DNA from: Somniosus microcephalus
Taxonomy: Eukaryota
Assembly: GCA_052327205.1 (NCBI GenBank)
Contig: CM126212.1
Span: 221,464,001-221,528,000, forward strand
Direction of reading: 5' to 3'
Length of the DNA stretch: 64,000 nucleotides
Below, one piece after another: positions 1-12,862 of this stretch. Made by a program: the position numbers and the translations under genes. The first letter of the stretch is position 1. The number at the start of each line of letters is the position of its first letter. A model generated the notes under the pieces. That model did no database searches, had not been told where the DNA came from, and saw nothing but the letters and a program-made list of their open reading frames with translations.

Positions 1-481
1 TGATACCTGGGATGGCAGGAATGACGTATGAAGAGAGATTGGGTCGATTGGGCTTATATTCGCTAGAGTTTAGAAGAATGAGGGGATCTCATTGAAACTT
101 ATAAAATTCTAACAGGACTAGACAGACTAGATGCAGGAAGGATGTTCCCGATGGCAGGGGAGTCCAGAACCAGGGGTAACAGTCTAAGGATAAGGGGTAA
201 GCCATTTAGGACTGAGATGAGGAGGAACTTCTTCACCCAGAGAGTGATGAACCTGTGGAATTCTCTACCACAGAAGGCAGTTGAAGCCAATTCATTAAAT
301 ATATTCAAGAAGGAGTTAGTTATATTTCTTAAGGCTAAAGGGATCAAGGGATATGGGGAGAAAGCAGGGACAGGGTACTGAATTTGGATGATCAGCCATG
401 ATCTCATTAAATGGCAGAACAGGCACGAGGGGCCGAATGGCCAACTCCTACTCCTATCTTCTATGTTTCTATGTTTCTATG
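1..481 (+). mobile_element. CR1 LINE 3' end, young subfamily with (TTTCTATG)n tail
   Basis: C-terminal ORF2 peptide RTRGNSLRIRGKPFRTEMRRNFFTQRVMNLWNSLP, CR1 3' UTR and 8-nt tail. Confidence 0.92.
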
Positions 482-1189
482 ATCCAGCAGTCCCTGCCTC
501 AGTTTAACTGATGGATTTCACGAATTGTGTGAAATCTGCCCACAGGCAGTTAAAAAGAAAATGGAGGGGAAAATAAAGGCTTCCAGCCTCATTACAATAT
601 TTAAATTGAGGTTCTGCCCCCTGGGAGCGGGTTGGTCGCCCACCCCCTGTCCCGCCTCTGGCAAAATCGGAAGTGGGCGGGTTTAAATCCCGCCGACAAT
701 TCCTTTGGATTCGTGGATTACTGTATTTTCTAAAGTCGCTCGGTAGCTGACTGTTCTGAACCACCTGTTGTCCTCTTTATCCTCTTTAAGACTGTCTCTG
801 CAGAAACCTGACTGAAATCCAGGCTGGTATAAAGAGTAGAACTCCAGCTGACGCTCGTATCAGGTCCCTAGCCCAACTTAGGTACCAATGAAAAAGAAGA
901 AAAATAATCCGCCAATGCTGGAAATCTGAAATAAAAAGAGAAGTTGCTGAAAATTGTCCGCCTTGTCCCTCTTCAGAACAAATTTAAATGAGCCACGCGC
1001 CTCCTGGGAGCAGCTTGGTTGCCCCCCGGCCCCCCGCCCCCCCCCTCTGTTGAAACCGGAAGTGGGCGTGTTGGATGCAGGTTGGGGTCGGGTTTGAGAT
1101 TCTTTAACGTTTTAACGTCCCACCCGACGCCAACCCACCCATTTTGGGGGGTTATAATTCCCCCTGTTCTGTCTACAACTACCCTGTCC

Positions 1190-1575
1190 ATCCATAATTT
1201 TAAAGACTTCAGTGAAGTCACCTCCAAGTCTTCTCTTTTCTAAAAGAAAAAAGCCCCAACCTGTTCAATCTTTCCCGACAGCTGTAATCTCTCAGTTCTG
1301 GTACCATCCTTGTAAATCTCTTTTGCACTTTCTCCAGTGCTTCTATGTCCTTTTTGTAGTGTAGAGACCAGGACTGTGCACGGTACTCTAAGTGTGGCCT
1401 GATTAGGGTCCTATACAAGTCTAACATAATTTCACCACTTTTGAATTCGAAATCCCAGTGCTTTGTCATAATTTTTAATTGCTTTGCCGACCTGCGGGGC
1501 TGCTTTTAATGATTTGTTTACCTGTATCCCTAGATCCCTTTGCTCTTCCACCCTATTCAGTTTCTTATTCTCTAG
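1190..1575 (-). mobile_element. Degenerate CR1 LINE fragment
   Basis: ORF 1218-1469 LYRTLIRPHLEY...LEKVQKRFTRMVP. Confidence 0.85.
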
Positions 1576-1756
1576 AGGGGGCTGCATTAAATTGGGGTCA
1601 GCACGCTAAATAACAGTCAGATCCGCAGAGCCAAACTGACTTGGATCTGAAGGGAATTTAGCCCAAGTGAGAGAGTTGGTCTTTTTCCCTGGTGTTTTCA
1701 CCCTTGCTCCTCATTCCTGTAACCAGAACTTTCCACAATCGCGGATTCCAACTTAG

Positions 1757-2361
1757 ATTCATAGAATCTTACAGCACAGAAGGAGGCCATTCGGCCCGTC
1801 CTGCCTGTGCCGGCTCTTTGAAAGAACTGTCCAATTTAGTCCCACACCCCAGCTTTTTCCCCATAGCCCTGCAAATTGGTTATCTTCAAGCACACGTCCA
1901 TTTGCCTTTTGAAAGTTCCTATGGAATCTGATACCATCACCCTTTCAGGTAGTGCTTTCCAGACCTGAACAACCCTCTGTGTGAAAAATCTTCTCCTCAT
2001 TTCCCCTCCAGTTCTGTTGCCAATTATTTTAAATCTGTGACCTCTGGTTACCGACCCACTTGCCAGAGGAAACAATTTCTCCCTACTTGCTCTGTCAAAA
2101 CCCCTCATAATTTTGAACACCTCTGCTGGGCCTCCCCTTAACCTTCTCAGCTCTGAGGAAAACAATCCCAGCTTCTACAATCTCGCCACATAACTGAAGT
2201 CTCCCATCCCTGGTATAATCCTGGTAAACCTCCTCTGTACCCTCTCCAAGGCCTTGACATCCTTCCTAAAGTGTGGTGTACACAATACTCCAGCAGAGGC
2301 CTAACTAGTGATTTGTAAAGGTTTAGCTTAACTTCCTTGTTTTTGTAGTCAATGCCCCATT
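1757..2361 (-). mobile_element. CR1 LINE 3' fragment
   Basis: ORFs 1836-2165 and 2147-2443 (TRGHRFKIIG, FFTQRVVQVWKALP, LYKSLVRPLLEYCV). Confidence 0.88.
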
Positions 2362-4508
2362 TAAGAACATAAGAACATAAGAAATAAGAGCAGGAATAGG
2401 CCATTTGGCCCTTTGAGCCTGCTCCGCCATTCAATAAGATCATGGCTGATCTTCTACCTCATCGCCACTTTCCTGCACTATCCCCATATCCCTTGATTCC
2501 CTTAATATTCAAAAATCTATCGATCTCTGTCTTGAATATACTCAATGACTGAGCCGCCACAGCCTTCTGGGGTAGAGAATTCCAAAGATTCACCACCCTC
2601 TGAGTGAAGAAATTTCTCCTCATCTCAGTCCTAAATGGCCGACCCCTTATTCTGAGACTGTGACCCCCTGGTTCTAGACTCCCCAGCCAGGGAAACATCC
2701 TCCCTGCATCTACCCTGTCAAGCCCTGTAAGAACATTGTATATTTCAATGAGATCTCCTCTCATTCTTCTAAACTCTAGAAAATATAGGCCTAGTCTACT
2801 CAATCTCTCCTCATAGGACAACCCCCCCCCCATCCCAGGAACCAGTCTGGTGAACCTTCGTTGCACTCCCTCTATGGCAAGTATATCCTTCCTTAGGTAA
2901 GGAGACCAAAACTGTACACAATACTCCAAGTATGGTCTCACCAGGGCCCTATATAATTGCAGTAAGACGTCTTTACTCTTATACTCAATTCCTCTTGTAA
3001 TAAAGGCCAACATACCATTTGCTTTCCTAATTGCTTGCTGTACCTGCATGTTAACTTTCAGTGATTTGTGTACAAGGACACCCAGGTCCCTCTGAACACC
3101 AACATTTCCCAAGCTCTCACCATTTAAAAAATACTCTGCTTCTCTATTTTTCCTACCAAAGTGGATAACTTCACATTTCTCCACATATAATCCATTCTCC
3201 ACATATAATCCATTTTCCATGTTTCTGCCCACTCAATTAGCCTGTTTATATCCCCTTAAAGCCTCCTTGCATTCTCCTCACAACTTACATTCCCACCCAG
3301 CTTTGTATCATCAGCAAACTTGGATATATTACATTTGGTCCCTTCATCCAAATCATTGATGTAGATTGTGAATAGCTGAGGCCCAAGCACTGATCCTTGT
3401 GGTACCCCACTAGTTACAGCCTGCCAACCCGAAAATGACGCGTTTATTCCTACTCTCTGTTTTCTCTCCATTAACCAATCCTCAATCCATGCTAGTATAT
3501 TGTCCCCAGTCCCATGAGCTTTAATTTTGTTTAATAATCTTTGGTGTGGCACCTTATCGAATGCCTTCTGAAAATCCAAATACACCACATCCACTGGTTC
3601 CCCCTTATCTATTCTGCTAGTTACAACCTCAAAAAACTCTTAACAGATTTGTCAAACATGATTTCCCTTTCATAAATCCATGTTGACGCTGCCCAATCCT
3701 ATTATTATTTTCCAAGTGTCCTGTTACCATGTCCTTAATAATAGATTCTAGCATTTTCCCCACTACTGATGTCAGGCTAACTGGTCTGTAGTTCCCGTTT
3801 TCTCTCTCCCTCCTTTCTTAAATAGTGGGGTTACATTTGCTACCTTCCAATCCGCGGGAACCGTTCTAGAATCTATGGAATTTTGGAAAATGACAACCAA
3901 TGCATCCACTATCTCTATAGCCACCTCTTTCAAACCCTAGGATGTAGGCCATCAGGTCATGGGGATTTATCGGCTTTCAGTCCCATTAATTTCTCCAGTA
4001 CTTTTTTTTTACTAATACTAATTTCTTTCAGTTCCTCATTCTCACTAGAGCCTTTGTTCTCCACTATTTCCGGGAAGTTTATTGCATCTTCTTCCATGAA
4101 GACAGACACAAAGTATTTGTTTAATTTCTCTGCCATTTCCTTATTCCCCATTATAATTTCTCCTGCCTCAGCCTGTAAGGGACCCACATTTATTTTGCTA
4201 ATCTTTTCCTTTTTACGTACCTGTGGAAGCTTTTACAGTCTGTTTTTATGTCTTCCGCTAGTTTACTCTCATTCTATTTTCCCTTTATTTATCAATTTCT
4301 TTGTCCTCCTTTGCTGAATTCTAAAATCCTCCCAATCCTCTAGCTTATTACACTTTTTTGGCAACATTATAAGCCTCTTCCTTTGATCTAATATTATCTT
4401 TAACTTCTCTTGTTAGCCACAGTTGAACCACTTTTCCTGTGGGATTTTTGTGCCTTAAAGGAATGTATATTTGTTGTAAATGATGTATTAAGTCTTTAAA
4501 TGCTAGCC
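2362..4508 (-). mobile_element. 5'-truncated CR1 LINE (fragmented RT ORF2)
   Basis: ORFs with [23 protein letters not shown] and SKFADDTK; (TTCTTATG)n tail at 2362-2385. Confidence 0.95.
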
Positions 4509-4596
4509 CGTCCTTAAATGTGAACATGCTCCCCCCAGGTCCCTCTGCTCTTACACCCACCACCCCCCCCTTCAAAATAGTACCATTTTGATTATA

Positions 4597-5100
4597 AATA
4601 AAAACAGAAAATGCTGGAAATACTCAGCAGGTCAGGCAGCATCTATGGAAAGAGAAACAGAGTTAACGTTTCAGGTCGATGACCTTTCATCAGTACTGGA
4701 AAATATTAGAGATGTAACAGTGGTACAGATCATAAGCTCTGCCAACATTTTTCCGGATTGCAGCTGTTGATTCTGATATTCCCATTTACACCTCCTCTAG
4801 ACCCATCTTTTGTTCCTTTACTTGTCCCATTACACCCCCTTTTGCCTCGCACCATCATCCTTTTGTAATTTAATCTCTCCTGCCTTCCACCCTATAACAG
4901 ACTGTCCCTTTTGTTCTTTCCCACCCCCTGCCTCTGTACTTGCTTAATACCTGTTACATCTCTAACTTTTTTCAGTTCTGATGAAAGGTCATCAACTTGA
5001 ACTCTGTTTCACTCTCCATAGATGCTGTCTTACCTGCTGAGTATTTCCAGCATTTTCTGTTTTTATTTCAGATTTCCAGCACCCACAGTATTTTGCTTTT
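4597..5100. mobile_element. Penelope-like element remnant: inverted pseudo-LTR pair with long TSD
   Basis: Left arm ~4597-4700 is the reverse complement of ~4972-5075. Flanked by gtaccatttt(a)gattata at 4580-4596 and 5101-5118. Carries the CTGATGA...GAAACGT hammerhead core typical of PLE pLTRs. Confidence 0.8.
4661..4697 (-). ncRNA. Minimal type I hammerhead ribozyme motif (Penelope-derived)
   Basis: Minus strand reads AGUA-CUGAUGA-A-AGGUC-AUC-GACCU-GAAA-CGUU-AACU. Stem II is perfect; stem I has a mismatch next to the core. Confidence 0.55.
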
Positions 5101-5216
5101 GTACCATTTTAGATTATACTGCCTCTCCATGTTGTTTCTCAAACTTATATGCATTAATTAATTTGTATCTGCCGTGTGTCTGCCCATTTCACCAATCTGT
5201 CTATGACCTGAATCAG

Positions 5217-6040
5217 AGGGCTGGATTTTGTCAATGGGGGTGCGTTGGGGGCGGGACTGCTGGTTGTTGGGTTTCAGTCCCACCCCCAACGACGTCCGGC
5301 CAACCCACGCTATTTTCCCTGCGGGCTTAGCAGGCCAATTAAGGGAAAGCCGGTGACAGAGGACGTCAACGTATGATGTTTCATCTGTCAAAATTTTTTT
5401 GACAGATGAATTGTCAGCGTTTGACAGCTTAGAGAAGCTGTCAAACACTGACAATCTTTGTTCTATGGTGAGCCCTTGCACTGAAGGCTCACCAAAACCT
5501 ATTTCCTCAGCAGAAATCAGATGGCTGCTGCATCTGAGAATGCAGCAGCCATTCTGTCATCTCTGCCATTGAGATGAGGAACCGCTGGATCCCCAAGGGT
5601 TGAAGCCTGCAGGAAGAAGCAAAGGTAAGTAAACTTTTTCTAACACTTTACACTCACCTCTCATTACTTACCTCTCTCCACACTTTCACCCATCACTCAC
5701 CTCCACAGCGCACTTTTCGATCCCTCTCACCCCCGCAGACCCACTGCTCGCCTCGCTGATCCTGGCGGGGTTTCCCGACGTCGGGAAGCCGGCAATTGCA
5801 GGGTAAAATGGGGATAAGCCTCAAAACTGCCTGTTAACTACCTGTTAACAGGCAGTTAATTGGCTGTAATCCCCTTCCCGCCTCGAGGAGACGGGTCCCT
5901 GCGCGGGTCGGGGACCCACCTCCCGAGAAGATGGCACGGAGGTGGGTTGGGAGCAGGTTCGGTACCCGCTCCCATTTTCTGCCATTTTCCCGGCTGTCCC
6001 ACCTCCATACCCACTTCCCCAGGGCTGGGACAATTCCCCC
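5217..6040. mobile_element. GC-rich non-autonomous DNA-transposon (Harbinger-like MITE) sequence
   Basis: Starts gggctggattttg and ends caattcccccc, resembling termini of other MITEs here. The TIR match is poor, so it may be composite. Confidence 0.45.
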
Positions 6041-6947
6041 CATAGAAAAATTACGACACAGAAGGAGGCCATTCAGCCCATCGTGACCGTGCCGGTCGGA
6101 AAAGAGCTACCCAGCCTAGTCCCACTTCCAGCTCTTGGTCCGTAGTCCTGTATGTTACGGCACTTCAAGTGCATATCCAAGTACTTTTTAAATGTGATGA
6201 GGGTTTCTGCCTCTACCACCCTTTCGTGCAGTGAGTTACAGACCCCCATCTCCCTCTGGGTGAAAACATTTTTCCTCATTTCCCCTCTAATCCTTCTACC
6301 AACTACTTTAAATCTATGCCCCCTGGTTCTTGGCCCCTCTGCTAAGGGAAATAGGTCCTTCATATCCACTCTATCGAGGCCCCTCATGATTTTATACACC
6401 TCAATTAAGTCTCCCCTCAGCCTCCTCTGTTCCAGGGAAAACAACCCCAGCCTATCCAATCATTCCTCATAGCTAAAGTTTTCCAGTCCTGGCAACATCC
6501 TTGTAAATCTCCTCTGCACCCTCTCCAATGTAATCACATCCTTCCTGTAATGTGGTGACCAGAACTGCATGCAGTACTCAAGCTGTGGCCTAACCAGTGT
6601 TCTATACAGTTCTAGCATAACTTCCCTGCTCTTCTATTCTATGCCTCGGCTAATAAAGGAAAGCATCCCGTATGCCTTTTTAACTACTTTATCGACCTGT
6701 CCTGCTACCTTCAGAGATCTGTGGACATGCACTCCAAGGTCCCTCTGTTCCTCCACACCTTGCAGTATCCTCCCATTAATTGTGTATTCCCTTGCCTTGT
6801 TGCCCCTCCCCAAATGCATTACCTCACACTTTTCCGGAAGTCTACTACTATCCTCCTTACTATTTACTACGCTGCCAAGTTTTGTATCATCCACAAACTT
6901 TGAAACTGGACTCCCTATACCCAAGTCCAGGTCATTTTATATAGAAA
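6041..6947 (-). mobile_element. CR1 LINE 3' fragment
   Basis: ORFs 6073-6459 and 6634-6924 (SKFVDDTKLG, RRLRGDLIEVYKIM). Confidence 0.9.
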
Positions 6948-7535
6948 CTAGCTGGGGGAGCCCGGCTTTGCCAGGGCTGTTTTGGGCCAGGCAGTTTAAA
7001 TCGAGTCCCAGGCTTTGGGGCCTGTCTGTCTGTCCCTGTGTGAATCTGCTGCCGGGCAACATTTCTACCTTTTAATAGCTTCAAAGATGAAAGTGAAAGT
7101 ACTTATAAAACGTTTTTGGTAAATGTTATGTTATTTTTAAAAGAGATACTAACTTTTTCGAAGTTGGATTAGCAGAGTAGTTTGAGCTGGAAGTAGTGAA
7201 GCAATGGCTGCCCGATGCCTGAGTTGAAAAGCATTAGTCCTGCCCACAGACACAGCGATTGGCCAACCATCAGGCGACTGAACTGTAGGATTGGTCAACC
7301 TTGACGTCAGTCAATCAATGCTACTTAGCAGATAATGAGTTTAATTTTGAAGGTTTTTTGCATAACGCGCGAACAATTTTTGTCCGGCCGAAACGTAAAT
7401 ACGCTTAGGACGGTTCTGGAATCGTCAGCTTTCTTTCGACGTAACGCACGTGTAGGTACGCTCTATAACTTTCGAGTTAATTCAAGACAGACAGACGGAA
7501 TGACAGACAGAAGTATCCTTTTTTATATATATAGA
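6948..7535 (-). mobile_element. Non-autonomous Helitron
   Basis: Minus strand begins A|TCTATATATATAAAA followed by TCTG repeats. It ends with hairpin CCCTGGC-AAA-GCCGGG, then CTAG|T. Inserted between A and T with no TSD. Confidence 0.8.
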
Positions 7536-7665
7536 TAAGAAAAACTTATTGGTGGCATTGTTCTCACTGTGGCTACATTGATCTCATTGAGGCCTATCTC
7601 TTCCATAAAGCCTACTCTCTGATATTATTTTTGCCTTGAAATTAAATGATCATATTCTAATGAAA

Positions 7666-8060
7666 TATAGAAACATAGAAACATAGAAGATAGGAGCAGG
7701 AGTAGGCCATTCGGCCCCTCTAGCCTGTTCTGTCATTTAATGAGATCATGGCTGATCATCCAAATTCAGTACCCTGTCCCTGCTTTCTCCCCATATCCCT
7801 TGATCCCTTTAGCCTTAAGAAATATATCCAACTCCTTCTTGAATATATTTAATGAATTGGCCTCAACTGCCTTCTGCGGTAGAGAATTCCACAGGTTAAC
7901 CACTCTCTGGGTGAAGAAATTCCTCCTCATCTCTGTCCTAAATGGCTTACCCTTATCCTTAGACTGTGACCCCTGGTTCTGGACTCCCCCGCCATCGGGA
8001 ACATCCTTCCTGCATCTAGTCTGTCTAGTCCTGTTAGAATTTTATAAGTTTCAATGAGAT
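7666..8060 (-). mobile_element. CR1 LINE 3' end, young subfamily
   Basis: Near-identical reverse complement of 90-481. Confidence 0.93.
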
Positions 8061-8076
8061 GAATCTCCCTTATTTT

Positions 8077-8841
8077 AGGCTGACCAGACGTCCCCGTGTT
8101 CCCCAGGAAAACAATGTCCCTGGAAGAGTCCCCGGTTTAGAAATCTTGTCCCCGATACTGAGTCTTTGATTTTTTTTCAGTGCAATGCACAGAAGCCGGT
8201 CTCTCAGAGATTATCAGCCCGTTTGAGTTCAGGAGCAAATTCCTGGAGCGGGTTGAATGGTGGCTTTGCCTTCCCACAATGCAGTGCGGCTGAAAAAAGA
8301 CCCTGTCTGCAGCTCTGGCCGCCCTGCGCTCTAGGTGTTTGAGTCAGCTGATCAATATTTCATTCAATGGCGACTGGCCGGCAGGCGGGACCTTCAAATG
8401 CGCGGGAGAAGCCAAGGGTGTGGTGAGAGCTGGTGGGTGAGTGGATTTGATTAATTTTACCGGTTTACCTGCAGGGTGCAGCACAGGTTTTTTTTAATTG
8501 AATAAGGGAAGGCAAGCTCTAAATTCTCCCACCGAGAAGAGGGTTTGTCAGTCTGAAACCAGCTGAGACAGAGGGTGTTTCATGGAAAGACTCAGTCTGT
8601 TAGGAGCAGATTTAAAATTGAGAAATTAAAATTGAGGGTATTCGGGGACGAGTAGATGGCACAGCACTATTGCCAGAACGCACGCAAGATTCCTGATTCG
8701 GTATATCTAAACTGCGCAGCTGCACAGCTGGCTGCCAGTCCCGCACAGCCCGGGGCCGGCTTTTCCGATGTGAAATTTCGCGCCCGCGCGGGAATTTGAA
8801 GGGGCCGCGCACCCGAAAAACAAATTGCTGGGGAACGTTGC
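8077..8841. mobile_element. Degenerate hAT-like MITE sequence(s)
   Basis: Starts taggctgaccagacgtcccc (Blackjack-type terminus) and ends gggaacgttg. The ends do not pair, so probably two remnants. Confidence 0.35.
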
Positions 8842-8901
8842 CTGTTTTTTCCCCCAGATTTAGTATCTTATTTTCTTTCTCTCTCTCTCTTTCAAAAACA
8901 G

Positions 8902-9033
8902 GGAGGAGTTCTGCGAAATATTCCGAGCGAAAGAGAAATCTACCGGAAAAATGTACACTTGCAAGAAGTTTTTAAAGAAAGATGGAAGAAAAGTTAGGAA
9001 GGCTGCAAAAAATGAAATCATGATTTTAAACAT
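8902..9033 (+). CDS. CAMKV: CAMKV (CaM kinase-like vesicle-associated pseudokinase) internal coding exon, 132 nt
   Basis: Pyrimidine tract and CAG acceptor ending at 8901, GTAAGT donor at 9034. Translates EEFCEIFRAKEKSTGKMYTCKKFLKKDGRKVRKAAKNEIMILN(M), matching the recalled vertebrate CAMKV N-lobe (EEFCEIFRAKDKTTGKLHTCKKFQKRDGRKVRKAAKNEIGILKM). Confidence 0.96.
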
Positions 9034-9629
9034 GTAAGTCGCTGCAATTTTGTCGCCACTTTTAGTTAGGGGTTAATCAGTGTCCCTCGTGAGCATACTC
9101 GCACTTTATTCAAACTATGTACGCCTCTTCTGTTGAATCCCTTGTTGACTAAAAACTGAACCCTGGCTTAAGAATCGGCAACATTTCATTCTTTTCCATG
9201 CTGTTGCTGTAGGCAATTGTCAAGTTTAAAGAAAGTATTTCTCTTTTATTAATGTTGATGGAATGACTATTGAAGCCATTAAAAAACAAAGTCTTATTCT
9301 CTCTTTCTTTATTTGCAGTCTTGACATGAAGTTAAATGTGTGAGGTATAAAAAATGGGCTGTGTTCTAATGCATTTCTTCCCAACCAGTTCTGCCCCCAG
9401 GCTGCTGGATCCCTGCGTGAGGCCAATACTACTTACCCTAGGATGCAACTACCCGCAAGAGCATCACTAATCTTAGAAACATGAAAACACCATCACAGCC
9501 AGCAAGTCCATCCCGTTTTTGAACTCGCTCACAGCATTCTTCACTTTGACCACAATAATTAGCCAAACATACAGGGTTTTTTTTTTTAAACAGAACATTG
9601 TGAAGAAGTAAGTCTACTAGGCTTTTGGA

Positions 9630-9990
9630 TTCTCACCCTTATGTCCAAATCTCTCCGTGGCCTCGCCCTCCTCCAGCCCTACAACCCTCCAGGACCTCTG
9701 CATTCCTACAATTCTGGCCTCTTGCACATCCCCGACTTCCTCCGCCTCACCATTGGCGGCCGTGCTTTCAGCCTTCTAGGCCCTAAGCCCTGGAATTCCC
9801 TCCCTAAACATCTCCACCGCGCTCTCCTCCTTTAAGACGCTCCTTACAACCTACCTCTTTGACCAAGCTTTAGGTCACCTGTCCTAATGTCTCCTTCTTT
9901 GGCTCGGTGTTAATTTTTGTCCGATAACGCTCCTGTGAAGTGCCTTGGGACGTTTTTACTATGTTAAAGGCGCTATATAAATGCAAGTTG
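9630..9990 (+). mobile_element. L2-type LINE 3' end
   Basis: Peptide IGGRAFSLLGPKPWNSLPK and 3' end ...aaaggcgctatataaatgcaagttg. Confidence 0.8.
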
Positions 9991-10179
9991 TCTTTTGTGA
10001 TGACTGTGCCATTCAACCTCTGTACATTTGTATTCAGTTCTTACAATGTCTAAAATGCACCTTAAAATAATATTAATATGCTTACATTTTATTCAAAATA
10101 CGGAGTACTAAGGAAGGTGCTGGTGGCTCAGGATTGAAGCCTGCGGGTTGAAGGGCTGTGAAGGCAACTCTGTATAGAA

Positions 10180-10432
10180 TCATAGAAACATAGAAGATAG
10201 GAGCAGGAGTAGGCCATTTGGCCCCTCGAGCCTCTTCCGCCATTTAATGAGATCATGGCTGATCATCCAAATTCAGTACCCTGTCCCTGCCTTCTCCCCA
10301 TATCCCTTGATCCCTTTAGCCTTAAGAAATATATCTAACTCCTTCTTGAATATATTTAATGAATTGGCCTCAACTGCCTTGTGTGGTAGAGAATTCCACA
10401 GGTTCACCACTCTCTGGGTGAAGACATTCCTC
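10180..10432 (-). mobile_element. CR1 LINE 3' end, young subfamily
   Basis: Same sequence family as 7666-8060. Confidence 0.9.
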
Positions 10433-10969
10433 CATAAGCATAAAGTTATCACCGAGGCAAGTTCAGCACCCAGCAACATTTTAATGGGTCGCTAATCAGT
10501 CAGGAAAAGACCTCGGTAATAACTCGCTGTCAGTACATTGAAGTGCAATGTGGCTGCATTATTTTAAAGGGTAATCACTGAAGATCCATTCCACTTGCTA
10601 TTATGCTGATCAATCTGCTTTCCAAGGACGGCCTTCCTTCGTTTAAAAAGAAAACCCAGCGGAAATGTTGCGGTGATAAGAGAAGGATTCCAACACCTCT
10701 TAGAAGCCCACTGTGCTATTCTCACACAGAGCAGTGGGAATCAGCAGGAGGTGGCCTGTGGTAGTGGCAATATAGACTAGCACAGGTTTGCACACAGCAA
10801 GATCTGACTAACAGCAATTGGGTGAATGGCCAGTTGTTCTCGGTTTCTGGTGGTGTTGGTTGATGGAGGAATGTTGACCACGACACTAGGGGAGCCCTCT
10901 TTTTTTTAACTGTTCTATGAGATCCTTAACATTTACCTGAGCCACAGGAACAAGCAGATGGGGGTCTTC

Positions 10970-11555
10970 AAATCAACTCAAATCAAAATCAAATCAAATC
11001 AAATCAACTTTTATTGTCATTGTTAGTGCACAAGTGCAGTACAACGAAATGTAGGCTTGCGGCTCCCGAGAGTGTACATTTAGATTAAGACATTTAAACA
11101 TTCAACATACATTTGGCTTGTAATACATTAACATAAACATAACCATAATAAAGTGCATTGGCAGATGTGCAGGCTTTAGAGTTTATTTGTGGAGTTCAGT
11201 AGGATGACAGCCCTGGGAAAGAAGCTGTTCCTAAATCTGGTCGTACGGGTGCGAATGCATCTGTAGCGTCTCCCAGATGGCAGGAGGGCGAACAGACTGT
11301 GGCTGGGTTGGGTAGGGTCTTTGATGATGGACCGTGATCTCCGTAAACAGCGTTTCTGGTATATGTGCTCTATGGTCGGTAGCCGGGTGCCGGTAATGCG
11401 GGGCAGTTTTGACTACCCGCTGCAGGGCTTTCCGGTCATAGTAGCTACAGCTGCCATACCATACTGTGATACAGTTTGTCAGGATGCTCTCTATTGTGCA
11501 GCGGTAAAAGTTAGAGAGGATCAGGGGTGACAGGTTACATCCCTTCAGCCTCTCA
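10970..11555 (-). mobile_element. Rex1/Babar-clade LINE 3' end with (GATTT)n tail
   Basis: ORF 11231-11560 LILSNFYRCTIESILTNCITVWYGSCSYYDRKALQRVVKTA is the Rex1 RT C-terminal signature. AATAAA-like signal plus pentanucleotide tail at 10970-11010. Confidence 0.85.
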
Positions 11556-12862
11556 TTCAATTTAATATCTCATTCAAAGGACGGCACTTCTGACAATTCA
11601 GTGTTCCTTAGTACAGTCCTGGAGTGTGTTCAAGTCCTGGAGTGGGACTTGGACCCACCACCTTCTGACTCAAAGCCAAAAGTGCTTTCAACTTGCACCA
11701 CACACGTGCTAACAACTGAGCTAAGCAGCAGCTCGCCCATTTAGGGCGGGCTTATTGCTGCGTGGTGGACACCCGGCACCCCACTCGTGGGTGGAAAGGC
11801 CAAGAGTCAGGGTTAAAGGCTCCAGGTTACTGTGGACTATGTCTGCCGGACCTTTGGATTAGCGATTTTCACCCTCGTGTTCAAATCTCGCCATGGCCTC
11901 CATATCTCTGCAACCACTCCAGGACTCATTGGGCCAGTTCTCCTTCTCTGACCTCCAGGTATTGAAGACGTTGGTCACAGCAGTGGCCGTGAATCCTCGG
12001 TCCTCACTCGGCCAACCTCGCTTCTCAAGCTCTTCCTATTGTTCCATCCCAACCCTGCACTGACTGTTGAGCTTATCTGTGGCTGAATTTGTGTTTGAAT
12101 TGCACTGTTTTTGTATTATTTTGTTCAGTGCATCGCTCGGTTATTTATTATTTGGAGAAAAGATAAGGTTAGACTAGTATAATGTTCTTCACTTACCACT
12201 TCCAGGGGTAATTTGGCTCTCTGTTTGCAGAGAATTGTTTAAAGCTGTCTTAGGTTAGGGTTTCTGTAACAAAAGTGTTAGCGATTACTCAAAAACTCTG
12301 CCACTGCTTTAGTAGAAAACAGAAGTATTCGGCATTGCAATCTCACCCCGGAATATCCCCAGTCATTGAACTGTCCATAATCCCTGAATTCCCAGGCCTC
12401 CTCCTTATCTTTAGTTTACAGCGCTCTAACATCATTGGCCATGTCTGCAAAGCAGGGCCCAGAGAGAACTTTTGATCTTTAATGAATATGTAAATGATGT
12501 GTGTTTTTGTAAAAGCAGATTATTCTGCGATGTTTTGGTAGTTCTCTAAACAAAAACAAAAATTGTGTCTCCACATTAAATGGAAAATATCTACTTGATC
12601 TGGGAAATCAATAATTCTTTTTAAGTCCAACATGAGGTGACCTTTCAGATTGCCTGTAGATGTAATTTGGGTGTTGTTGTTCTTCTACTCTTGGCATAGC
12701 CATAGTTTACAGGTTTAAACCAGTCATTCCTACCTGATCAGTCCTTGCTGAAAAATGCATTAGGCTTTGTGCTTTCTCAAAACAGACGGTTCACTTTATC
12801 GTCTGCATTTGGTCCCAATGATCCTATTTACCTAGTAGAACAAGAGAGCGGCTAATTTACAT

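Noticed and set aside
99-407. Recurrent MRSWLIIQIQYP... ORF family
   Set aside because: Antisense reading of the CR1 3' end; it recurs only because the repeat does.
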